Positions 9,415 through 18,085 of a stretch of DNA of 40,569 bases are shown piece after piece (positions within the stretch are counted from its first letter, which is position 1; every line of letters starts with the position of its first letter). The notes under the pieces are model-generated. The model searched no databases and was not told the origin of the DNA. It was given only the letters and a program-made list of their open reading frames with translations. Made by a program: the position numbers and the translations under genes. Source of the DNA: an uncultured Bacteroidales bacterium (lineage in GTDB: Bacteria; Bacteroidota; Bacteroidia; Bacteroidales; JAADJA01). The stretch is taken from NCBI GenBank assembly GCA_964408535.1, contig CAYOZZ010000144.1, positions 1 through 40,569 of the forward strand, given 5' to 3'.

Positions 9415-10098
9415 ATGAAAAAAATATTTTTTCAAATAGTGATAATTTTCTTGCCGTTTTTTCTTTCGGCGCAGGTTCCGCCTCCGCAGGGTAACAAGGA
9501 AAGGGAGGCTGACACTACCGTCAGTGCTTCCGAAAACTTCAATCCCGAAGAGGTAAAAGAAGCCATACTGAAAAAGAGGTTCAGAGTGAGTGTTGAGGTT
9601 GGAGCTACCTTTGGCGGTTCGGCATATTACGGCAGCTATTTCGGGACGTACATCGCACCGCGCCTGAGCTACGACTTCACTCCCCGTTTTACTCTTAGCG
9701 GCGGCATTAGTCTGGCAAACTATTACGGTATCGGCAACAGCACTCCCGAATTTGGAGGAATGAATATGTACAACGGATATGGAATGCCAGTGAGTTCAGT
9801 CTTTATCGAAGGTTCTTACAGGCTGACCGATAACCTTGCCGTTTACGGTGCCGTACATCAGCAAATTGACCTTTTAAATATGCCGGGGCAGACACAGAAC
9901 AATTCAAACTACAACTTCAACGGCACATCAGTAAGGATGGGATTCAAATATAAAGTCAGCGACAATGTCTTCATTCAGGGAGAGGTCGGCATTTCAAACC
10001 GGCCGAGATATAATCCCTATTTCGGAGGCTACCAGCCCGACCCGTTTGCCAGCCCTATGATGAACAGGAGACACGACCCTTTTAACGATACGTTTTAA
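9415..10098 (+). CDS. Small outer-membrane beta-barrel protein
   Basis: ORF 9319..10098. The Met at 9415 gives the signal peptide MKKIFFQIVIIFLPFFLSAQ. Gly/Tyr-rich alternating strands. Confidence 0.55.
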   Translation: MKKIFFQIVIIFLPFFLSAQVPPPQGNKEREADTTVSASENFNPEEVKEAILKKRFRVSVEVGATFGGSAYYGSYFGTYIAPRLSYDFTPRFTLSGGISLANYYGIGNSTPEFGGMNMYNGYGMPVSSVFIEGSYRLTDNLAVYGAVHQQIDLLNMPGQTQNNSNYNFNGTSVRMGFKYKVSDNVFIQGEVGISNRPRYNPYFGGYQPDPFASPMMNRRHDPFNDTF

Positions 10099-10119
10099 CC
10101 CGAAAAACTTTTTTGAATA

Positions 10120-11016
10120 TTGGACACAATACTTTCCATACAAGGGCTTAACAAAAGATATGGAAAGATACATGCAGTGAATAACCTCACTTTTGAGATA
10201 GAGAAGGGAAACGTTTACGGGATCCTCGGCCCTAACGGAAGCGGAAAGACAACCACACTTAGTATAATCCTCGGTGTAGTATCACAGGACAGCGGTTCGT
10301 TTCTTTGGTTCGGGAAGCCGGCATCACCGGAAAGCAGAAAAAAGATAGGCGCAATACTCGAACATCCTATTTTTTACCCCTATATGTCGGCTGAGGACAA
10401 TCTGAAGATAATTGCAGACATCAAAGGTGTTGACGCCGGTGATATCGAAAGGGTTTTAAAAACGGTTGAGCTTTACGACAGGAAAGATTCAAAATTCAAA
10501 ACCTTTTCGTACGGTATGAAGCAGAGGCTTGCAATTGCCGGAGCTCTTCTCGGAAATCCGGAGGTGCTTATTTTTGATGAGCCGACAAACGGCCTCGACC
10601 CCAAAGGAATAGCAGAAATAAGAGAGCTGATAATTGACATTGCAAAACAGGGAATAACAATAATTCTTGCCAGCCACCTTCTTGATGAGGTTCAGAAAAC
10701 CTGCACACACGTTTTGGTTCTGAATAAAGGTCAGAAACTCTTTGCCGGAAAGGTGGACGAGGTGCTGAATGTTGCCGGTACGATTGAAATTGCTTCGGAT
10801 GATTTGGAAAAACTGCAATTTGCACTTAACGGCATTGATTTTATCAGCAATGTAAAACAGGAGGGCGACATACTGACGGCAAAAATTGAAGCAGGAAAAA
10901 CGATGTACGACCTGAATAAAATTCTTGTCGGAAACGAAATAATTGTGACACATCTCACAAAAAGAAAGCGTAGTCTCGAAAAACAGTTTTTGGAATTAGT
11001 AAGCGAAAATCAATGA
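10120..11016 (+). CDS. ABC transporter ATP-binding protein (ABC-2 exporter type)
   Basis: 298 aa. Walker A GPNGSGKTT, signature YGMKQRL, Walker B LIFDEPTNGLD. TTG start in the ORF track. ATGA overlap with the permease gene. Confidence 0.85.
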   Translation: MDTILSIQGLNKRYGKIHAVNNLTFEIEKGNVYGILGPNGSGKTTTLSIILGVVSQDSGSFLWFGKPASPESRKKIGAILEHPIFYPYMSAEDNLKIIADIKGVDAGDIERVLKTVELYDRKDSKFKTFSYGMKQRLAIAGALLGNPEVLIFDEPTNGLDPKGIAEIRELIIDIAKQGITIILASHLLDEVQKTCTHVLVLNKGQKLFAGKVDEVLNVAGTIEIASDDLEKLQFALNGIDFISNVKQEGDILTAKIEAGKTMYDLNKILVGNEIIVTHLTKRKRSLEKQFLELVSENQ

Positions 11017-11831
11017 TACGACTACTAAGAATAGAATTCAGAAAATTGAAACCATACAAAGCCTTTTGGGTTATGCTCATATTCTATACCCTTTTGCTTG
11101 CTATTATGGTTTTCGGAATTCCGGGTCTTATTGACTGGGTTGCCGAAAAATCGGGTGATTCCAAGATAAGGATTTTCAAGGCTATTGTATTTAATTTTCC
11201 TGATATCTGGCAAAACATAGCCTACGTTGCGAGTCTGAGGATTTTTATAAAGGTGATACTCGGACTTATTGTCATTGTCCTGATTACCAACGAATACAGC
11301 AACCTTACCATCAGGTCGAATATTATCAGCGGACTTAGCCGTGGTGAATTTCTGACAGGCAAGTTATTGCTACTTGTTGTGCTTGCAGTTTTTTCGACAA
11401 TTATCATCTTTCTGTCGGGGCTTTATCTCGGATTTACAAACTCATCGTCAAAGGATCTGTCCGATATTTTCGGGAAGATGTCGTTTCTCGGTGCCTATTT
11501 CCTTGAACTGTTCATTTTCCTCAGTTTCACTCTGCTCATTGGCTTATTGTTCCGCAAAACGGGATTTTCAATCATAATTCTGTTTGCATACATCATCATT
11601 GAGCAGATATTCGACCACAAGTTGCCGGATTCGTTTTCGCCGTACCTGCCTGTAAATGCTATGAACAATATTATACGGTCACCGAACACATCGCTTATAA
11701 AACTCAAATCGCCGGGCTTCAATTTTGATTTTCAGGAAGCCATATCCTTTGCTGATGTTGGTATTGCCCTTGCCTGGTGTGCCGTTTTTATTTCACTTTC
11801 ATTTTTTTTATTAAAAAAGAGGGATATTTAG
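11013..11831 (+). CDS. ABC-2 family transporter permease
   Basis: 272 aa, six hydrophobic helices. Translationally coupled to the ATPase. Confidence 0.7.
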   Translation: MIRLLRIEFRKLKPYKAFWVMLIFYTLLLAIMVFGIPGLIDWVAEKSGDSKIRIFKAIVFNFPDIWQNIAYVASLRIFIKVILGLIVIVLITNEYSNLTIRSNIISGLSRGEFLTGKLLLLVVLAVFSTIIIFLSGLYLGFTNSSSKDLSDIFGKMSFLGAYFLELFIFLSFTLLIGLLFRKTGFSIIILFAYIIIEQIFDHKLPDSFSPYLPVNAMNNIIRSPNTSLIKLKSPGFNFDFQEAISFADVGIALAWCAVFISLSFFLLKKRDI

Positions 11832-11854
11832 GTTGTGCGGGTTATCTTTTTTAA

Positions 11855-11862
11855 TACTTTTG
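11855..11862 (+). promoter_or_regulatory. -7 promoter box (TActTTTG)
   Basis: tacttttg lies 23 nt upstream of the ATG at 11885. Confidence 0.4.
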
Positions 11863-11884
11863 GTAACTGTTTTACCAGGGTCTA

Positions 11885-13621
11885 ATGCAACATTTAAGGT
11901 ATATAACATTGGTATTTTTGCTTTCTGTATCAAATGTTTACAGTGGTAACACCATTGACAGTCTGAATATTGCATTTAGTAAAGCAAAGTCACCTGCCGA
12001 AAAGCTGTCGGTATTAAACCGGCTTTTTGAAGCGGCATTACCCAAAGACGAAACAAGGGCAATGCATTATGCCGATCGTGCTCTTACTATCTCGGAATTT
12101 GCCGATGACGAAATGGAAAAGGGGATTGCATTATACAATAAGGGACTGTACCTGCTAATCATAGGCAAATCAAATGATGCAAGAACATACTTTAACAGTG
12201 CTTTGCAAATTTTCAAAGAAAATGAAAACGAAATATGGATTGCTAAAACATATTCCCAACTGGGGCAGGTTGTAAAAAATAATCTTGAATATGAAAAAGC
12301 GCTTGAATTGTTTTTCAAGGCGATGAAAATATTTGAAAAAACAAATAATACACCAAGGTCACTTGGTACTGTTTACAATCGAATTGGCGGTGTTTATTAT
12401 GATCAGGGAAATTATGACAAAGCATTTGGTTTTTGGGATAAAAACCTTCGGATCAGAGAGATGCTGAATGACAGTCTCGGGCTGTTAAGTGCATACAACA
12501 ATATCGGTGAAATTTACCGCTTGTCAGGTGATTTTGAAAAAGCCCTGATGTATTATAATGATGCAATCGCTATCAACACCGTTCTGCAAAAGCCAACTTA
12601 TTTCTCGATTTTTTATGATAATATCGGAAATATTTACCTTAGTACGAAACAGTACGACAGTGCTGCAAAATACCTCAATAAAAGTCTTGAGGTTGCCAAA
12701 CAGGAGCATGATAACAAAAGAGTGGCATTTGCCTATAATTCTCTCGGCAGTCTTTACCTTGCAATGAATGATTATAATACCGCAAAGAAATATTTCAGGA
12801 TTGCCGAGGAACTGGGAATAAAAATATCCAGTATCGAAGTACTGAAAGAGTCGTCTCTCGGACTTGGAAAATCCTTCGAACATCTTAACCGGTACGAAGA
12901 AGCCTACAATTATTATATCAGATTCAAACAATTGAGCGACAGCTTATCAAAACTAAACAGTTCTGAAGAGATAGCAAGGCTGGAAATGAGGTTACTGTTT
13001 GAAAACAAAATGCAATTAAACGATATTGTGCAGGAGAAAAAAGAATGGATCTATTTCATAATTGCCATCGGACTTTTTTTCATCATAATCGTTATTAGCT
13101 GGCTTTACGGAAGGCAGAAAATAAGAATAAAACATTCGCAGACTGCAAAAGAGAATCTCGAACTTGAAAGAAAAAGGCTTGAGGAGGAGATTGACTTCAA
13201 AAACAGGGAACTCGCTACAAACGTGATGTACATGGTTAAAAAGAATGAGTTAATAAACCATATCAGCGAGAAACTGATAAAGGCAAAATTGCGGTTCAAA
13301 AAGGAGAACATACCTGTGGCTGAAGAGATTATCCACACTCTTCAAATGAATGTTGATGACCAGATATGGGATACTTTTGAAAAACACTTTGAGGAGGTTC
13401 ATAAAAACTTCTATTCCAAACTGAACGAAAAGTATCCAAAACTGACAAAGAGGGATTTGAAATTATGTGCATTGCTGAGGCTTCATCTCAGCACTAAGGA
13501 AATTGCGACAATAATGCACCAAAACCCGGCAAGTGTGGAAGTTGCAAGAACCAGACTGAGAAAAAAACTTAATTTGTCAAATACTGAAATAAACCTTGTG
13601 ACATTTTTATCAGGAATTTAA
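11885..13621 (+). CDS. Transmembrane one-component regulator: signal peptide, TPR repeats, TM helix, coiled coil, LuxR/GerE HTH
   Basis: 578 aa. Repeated TPR-like A..Y...G..Y motifs, TM helix WIYFIIAIGLFFIIIVISWLYG, C-terminal LTKRDLKLCALLRLHLSTKEIATIMHQNPASVEVARTRLRKKLNL. Confidence 0.75.
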   Translation: MQHLRYITLVFLLSVSNVYSGNTIDSLNIAFSKAKSPAEKLSVLNRLFEAALPKDETRAMHYADRALTISEFADDEMEKGIALYNKGLYLLIIGKSNDARTYFNSALQIFKENENEIWIAKTYSQLGQVVKNNLEYEKALELFFKAMKIFEKTNNTPRSLGTVYNRIGGVYYDQGNYDKAFGFWDKNLRIREMLNDSLGLLSAYNNIGEIYRLSGDFEKALMYYNDAIAINTVLQKPTYFSIFYDNIGNIYLSTKQYDSAAKYLNKSLEVAKQEHDNKRVAFAYNSLGSLYLAMNDYNTAKKYFRIAEELGIKISSIEVLKESSLGLGKSFEHLNRYEEAYNYYIRFKQLSDSLSKLNSSEEIARLEMRLLFENKMQLNDIVQEKKEWIYFIIAIGLFFIIIVISWLYGRQKIRIKHSQTAKENLELERKRLEEEIDFKNRELATNVMYMVKKNELINHISEKLIKAKLRFKKENIPVAEEIIHTLQMNVDDQIWDTFEKHFEEVHKNFYSKLNEKYPKLTKRDLKLCALLRLHLSTKEIATIMHQNPASVEVARTRLRKKLNLSNTEINLVTFLSGI

Positions 13622-13623
13622 TA

Positions 13624-15240
13624 ATGGGAAGAAGAATAAAAATACTGATTTTGTTTTTTAGCATAACGCTTGCCGGCTTTTCGCAGGGCTCGGGCAATCT
13701 TGACAGCCTTATTAAATCCCTGTCCAACCCCATGGATGACATTGCAAAGGTTAACCTTTTAAATAAAATAGCTTCCGATATTTTCTTTATTGAGACGGAC
13801 AGCATGTATAGCTTTGCAAATGAAGCACTTGAAATCGCAGAAAATATTGATTATAAAAAAGGTATTGCAGAAGCTTATAATAACCTCGGTATTTATTACA
13901 GGGAAAACGGATTGTATGATGAAGCCAGCAAATATCATTTCAGGAGTCTGGAAATTATGGAAAGCATCGGCGATAAAAACGGGATTGCAAGATGTTATAA
14001 CCTGATAGGGATTATTTACTACTATCTGTCGGACTATGATCTTAGTTTAAAGTACTATCTTAAAGCATTGGATATCAACATTGAGCAAAACGATACTAAA
14101 TGGATCGGCGGTAATTCCAATAATATAGGGATGATTTATGAGATGAAAGGCGATTATCAAAAAGCACTGGAATATTACAATAAATCGCTTGAAATAAACA
14201 AGCAACTTGGAAATAAAAACTGGGTTGCCAATAATTACGGCAATATCGGCAGCCTATATCAAAAAACCGGTGACCCCAAAGCACTTGATTATCTGCAAAA
14301 AAGACTTGAACTGTCAAAGCAGACAAATAATTACGATGCTCAAATATCGGCAATACTGGAAATAGGCAAATATTACAACTCTGTTCACCGCTATTATGAT
14401 GCCTTAAAATATATTGCTTCCGATTCCATAAGAGTTAATGACAACCAGTCGTTGTTCCTTAAAAACAAAATCGCAAGGCAACTTGCTCTCGCTTATGCAG
14501 GTATCGGGAGGTATGACTCGGCCTGCAAATATCTAAAGTTGCACATTTTATTTGACGACAGCCTAAATATCGAAAACCATCTTAAAAAAATAACGCAAAT
14601 AAAGATGCAGTATGACTTCAGAAAAAATCAGAAAATTGAAGAACTGAGAAATCAAAAAAGAGAGTTGGTTTTTGTAGCTATTTCAAGTTTGCTGCTCGTG
14701 ATACTTCTTATTGCAGGATTATTATTTGCACGTCAAAAAGCCCTTGCAGACCAGCAAAAACTTGAGAGAAAAAAGCTGGAAATTGAAAATAAACTCTTAA
14801 TTGAGGACCTTGATTATAAAAACAAGGAACTGACTGATAATGTAAGGTATATGTTAGAAAAGAATGATATAATCAATATGGCTTCTGAAAAACTTAATCA
14901 GATAAAACCAAAATTTAAACCAGAAAACCGGGAGATACTGAATGATGTAATACTGGAGCTTCAATCAGGAACGGATGATGATATCTGGAAAGAGTTTGAA
15001 CTGCGTTTTAATCAGGTCCACAGCAATTTTTATAAGAACCTGAGAAAGGATTTCCCAGGTCTCTCCCCTTCCGAACAAAAGCTTGCCGCCTTTCTTCGAC
15101 TGAAAATGAGCACAAAAGAGATAGCCACAATTCTGCACCAAAGCCCCAAAAGCATCGAAACATCAAGAAACCGGTTACGAAAAAAACTCAATATCGTAAA
15201 TAAAGAAGTTACTCTTTTTGAATTTCTTTCAAAATATTGA
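13624..15240 (+). CDS. Paralogous TPR-TM-LuxR/GerE transmembrane regulator
   Basis: 538 aa with the same architecture. TM helix LVFVAISSLLLVILLIAGLLFA, HTH LSPSEQKLAAFLRLKMSTKEIATILHQSPKSIETSRNRLRKKLNI. Confidence 0.75.
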   Translation: MGRRIKILILFFSITLAGFSQGSGNLDSLIKSLSNPMDDIAKVNLLNKIASDIFFIETDSMYSFANEALEIAENIDYKKGIAEAYNNLGIYYRENGLYDEASKYHFRSLEIMESIGDKNGIARCYNLIGIIYYYLSDYDLSLKYYLKALDINIEQNDTKWIGGNSNNIGMIYEMKGDYQKALEYYNKSLEINKQLGNKNWVANNYGNIGSLYQKTGDPKALDYLQKRLELSKQTNNYDAQISAILEIGKYYNSVHRYYDALKYIASDSIRVNDNQSLFLKNKIARQLALAYAGIGRYDSACKYLKLHILFDDSLNIENHLKKITQIKMQYDFRKNQKIEELRNQKRELVFVAISSLLLVILLIAGLLFARQKALADQQKLERKKLEIENKLLIEDLDYKNKELTDNVRYMLEKNDIINMASEKLNQIKPKFKPENREILNDVILELQSGTDDDIWKEFELRFNQVHSNFYKNLRKDFPGLSPSEQKLAAFLRLKMSTKEIATILHQSPKSIETSRNRLRKKLNIVNKEVTLFEFLSKY

Positions 15241-15445
15241 TAAAATTCCTCCAATAATACACATCTGCCATTACACTATCTGTCAGCTATTTATAAAATT
15301 TGTATTGGTATTGTCACGGCATTTTTCCCTAAAGTATTGTTTTTATTATGGGTAATATTCGATATGTATGACTTTTGTAATGCACAATTTTTTGCACAGT
15401 TAAATGCAATAAAGGACTTTTGCAACCGAAACATTTTACCTGAAT

Positions 15446-15598
15446 ATGAAAAAGGAAAAATCAATGGAAACAAAAGATATCAACCTTGATCAGGAAATTA
15501 AACTGTTCATTGAAAAAAAGAAGCAGGAAAACTCTGCACTGAAAAAATTACTGTCAGCTCTTGACGATGCAAAGAAAAATAATAAAAAAATTGATTAA
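15446..15598 (+). CDS. Candidate small ORF (50 aa, Lys/Glu-rich helical)
   Basis: My own translation gives MKKEKSMETKDINLDQEIKLFIEKKKQENSALKKLLSALDDAKKNNKKID. It ends 18 nt before the sigma-factor ATG. It is below the ORF-track size cut-off and has no homology support. Confidence 0.25.
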   Translation: MKKEKSMETKDINLDQEIKLFIEKKKQENSALKKLLSALDDAKKNNKKID

Positions 15599-15616
15599 TT
15601 ATTGAAAGTTTTTACG

Positions 15617-16231
15617 ATGCAATCCGACAAAAACAATATGCAGACAGCAGATGATTCCAAAACACTTGAGATGCTTTATCAAAAGTATTCATCAAAAATG
15701 TACGGAATTTGTCTGAGATTTGCAGGAAATACAATGGAAGCTGACGATATTTTGCAGGAAGGTTTCATTAAGGTATATACAAAACTCAAATATTTCAGGA
15801 ATGAAGGATCATTAGAGGGCTGGATAAGAAGAATATTTGTTAATACTGCAATAAATTATTACAGGAAAAAATCGAGATACGCATTTAACGAGGATTTGGA
15901 AGATGTGCATTTCAATACTGCAAAACCGGAAAGCAGTTACAGTGATCTGCTTTCGAAGGAGGAACTGGTAAATCTTATTCAGAGTTTACCAAACGGATAC
16001 AGGACGGTTTTTAATTTAAATGTTGTTGAAGGATACACACATAAGGAAATTGGTGAGATGCTCGGAATATCCGACAACACTTCAAAATCACAATTAACAC
16101 GTGCGAAAAGTATTTTAAAAAAGAAAGTTCTTTCATTAATGAAGGAAAAAGTTAAAGTACCGTTTAACGATTTCAGGGTGATCAGAAACGAAACAGTCAG
16201 TTTGAGACAGGAATTACAGAAAGCTGTTTAA
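15617..16231 (+). CDS. ECF-type RNA polymerase sigma-70 factor with no adjacent anti-sigma gene
   Basis: ORF 15602..16231 (TTG). An ATG at 15617 is in frame. Region 2 EADDILQEGFIKVY...GWIRRIFVNTAINYYRK. Region 4 YTHKEIGEMLGISDNTSKSQLTRAKSILKK. Confidence 0.8.
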   Translation: MQSDKNNMQTADDSKTLEMLYQKYSSKMYGICLRFAGNTMEADDILQEGFIKVYTKLKYFRNEGSLEGWIRRIFVNTAINYYRKKSRYAFNEDLEDVHFNTAKPESSYSDLLSKEELVNLIQSLPNGYRTVFNLNVVEGYTHKEIGEMLGISDNTSKSQLTRAKSILKKKVLSLMKEKVKVPFNDFRVIRNETVSLRQELQKAV

Positions 16232-16413
16232 TTTTTCAACATTACCCAATAAAAAATAATATTTTTCGTTACATTTATGGCACGCAATTTGATAAAGCTA
16301 TACATAAATACAACGTTCTTTAAAAATTAGAAGTAAGGCTTCTCTCCCTTAATTGGTTTTGGTTAATAATTAGGTTTATTCTTTTCTTTTCTATTGTAAT
16401 GCCTTACTTTTAA

Positions 16414-16447
16414 ACCGGTGGAGGTAAAATCCTTCACCGGTTTTTTT
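16414..16447 (+). terminator. Intrinsic terminator
   Basis: ACCGGTGGAGG-taaaat-CCTTCACCGGT followed by a run of 7 T. Confidence 0.7.
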
Positions 16448-16493
16448 ATTTTCCTTGTTTATAACTATTTATAAAACATTAACATTTTGAAAC

Positions 16494-16501
16494 TATTTTT
16501 G
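16494..16501 (+). promoter_or_regulatory. -7 promoter box (TAttTTTG) for guaA
   Basis: tatttttg lies 23 nt upstream of the ATG at 16524. Confidence 0.45.
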
Positions 16502-16523
16502 CACGCCAAAAACAGGTCATAGC

Positions 16524-18053
16524 ATGCAGGAAACAATAATAATATTAGACTTCGGTTCACAATACACTCAACTGATAGCCAGACGGGTACGAGAGCTTAA
16601 TGTTTATTGTGAGATACATCCGTATAACGCAATTCCTGAAATAAACGGGAACATTAAAGGTGTCATTTTATCAGGAAGCCCATATTCCGTACGTGATAAT
16701 GATGCTCCTGTCCCGGATTTGTCATTAATTCGGAAAAAAATTCCAATTCTTGGAGTTTGCTATGGTGCTCAACACCTTGCCAACATTGACGGTGGTGAAG
16801 TTATGCCTTCAAAAATCAGGGAATACGGAAGGGCTAATCTCTCATTTATCGACAGTTCAAATGAATTAATGAAAGGAATGACCGGCGGTTGCCAGGTATG
16901 GATGTCGCACGGCGATACAATATTAAATATTCCTGACAATTATAAGATAATAACCAGCACAGCCGATGTTAAAGTCGGCGGCTTCAGGATTGAAGGTGAG
17001 GAAACCTGGGGAATTCAGTTCCACCCGGAAGTTTATCATACTACCGAAGGAATGACACTGTTAAGGAATTTTGTAGTTGACATTTGCGGATGCTCTCAAT
17101 CATGGACACCCGAATCATTTATTGATACGACTATTTCTTCTCTAAAGAAAAAACTCGGAAACGATAAAGTAGTCCTTGGACTATCAGGCGGTGTTGACTC
17201 GTCGGTTACTGCGGTTTTACTGCACAAGGCAATCGGGAAAAACCTGACATGTATATTTGTTGATAACGGGCTCCTGAGAAAAAACGAGTTTGAATCGGTA
17301 CTGGATTCATACAAACATATGGGACTCAACGTTATCGGCGTTGACTCGAAGAAAAGATTTTACAAGGCTCTCGAAGGAATTACCGATCCTGAACTTAAAA
17401 GAAAAGCCATCGGGAATACATTCATAGAAGTGTTTGACGATGAGGCACATAAGATTCAGGATGTAAACTGGCTTGCCCAGGGAACAATCTATCCTGACGT
17501 CATAGAATCAAAATCTGTTAAAGGGCCGTCGGCAACCATAAAATCGCATCACAATGTGGGAGGTCTGCCCGATTTTATGAAACTGAAGATTGTAGAACCT
17601 TTAAACACTTTGTTTAAGGATGAAGTACGCAGAATCGGTAAAGCACTGAAAATGGACGGAAGTCTGCTCGGACGCCACCCGTTTCCCGGGCCGGGCCTTG
17701 GAATCAGAATATTGAGCGATGTTACGGAAGAGAAAGTGAGAGTTCTTCAAGAGGCCGACCATATCTTTATCGAAGGGCTGAAGAATCACGGACTATATGA
17801 CAAAGTCTGGCAGGCAGGCGCAATTCTGCTCCCTGTTCAATCGGTCGGTGTTATGGGAGATGAACGCACTTATGAAAATGCAATCGTATTGCGTGCCGTG
17901 GAATCAACTGACGGGATGACAGCCGACTGGTCACATCTGCCTTATGAGTTTCTTGCTAAAATCTCAAATGAAATCATCAATAAGGTAAAAGGAGTTAACA
18001 GAGTGGTTTATGATATAAGTTCAAAACCTCCTGCTACAATTGAATGGGAATAA
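16524..18053 (+). CDS. guaA: GMP synthase (glutamine-hydrolysing)
   Basis: 509 aa. GATase start [18 protein letters not shown], catalytic GVCYG. ATP-PPase P-loop [10 protein letters not shown]. Conserved C-terminal dimerisation domain ending PPATIEWE. Confidence 0.95.
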   Translation: MQETIIILDFGSQYTQLIARRVRELNVYCEIHPYNAIPEINGNIKGVILSGSPYSVRDNDAPVPDLSLIRKKIPILGVCYGAQHLANIDGGEVMPSKIREYGRANLSFIDSSNELMKGMTGGCQVWMSHGDTILNIPDNYKIITSTADVKVGGFRIEGEETWGIQFHPEVYHTTEGMTLLRNFVVDICGCSQSWTPESFIDTTISSLKKKLGNDKVVLGLSGGVDSSVTAVLLHKAIGKNLTCIFVDNGLLRKNEFESVLDSYKHMGLNVIGVDSKKRFYKALEGITDPELKRKAIGNTFIEVFDDEAHKIQDVNWLAQGTIYPDVIESKSVKGPSATIKSHHNVGGLPDFMKLKIVEPLNTLFKDEVRRIGKALKMDGSLLGRHPFPGPGLGIRILSDVTEEKVRVLQEADHIFIEGLKNHGLYDKVWQAGAILLPVQSVGVMGDERTYENAIVLRAVESTDGMTADWSHLPYEFLAKISNEIINKVKGVNRVVYDISSKPPATIEWE

Positions 18054-18085
18054 TTACGTTAGTTATTATCAAACTGCTTAAGAAA

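Noticed and set aside
10489-10958. Three overlapping minus-strand ORFs (154, 85 and 75 aa)
   Set aside because: All lie antisense inside the ABC ATPase gene, whose Walker A, signature and Walker B motifs fix the true frame.
10120-11831. Possible gliding-motility GldA/GldF pair
   Set aside because: Only generic ABC-2 features are visible. No gldG-like gene follows, and I cannot distinguish GldA/GldF from other ABC-2 exporters by eye.
16276-16291. UAUGGCACGCAAUUUG upstream of guaA, resembling the P2/L2 segment of a guanine riboswitch
   Set aside because: No complementary P2 5' strand, no P3 hairpin, no CCGACUAUG-type J3/1-P1 and no P1 stem. A strong terminator and a separate promoter box lie between it and guaA.
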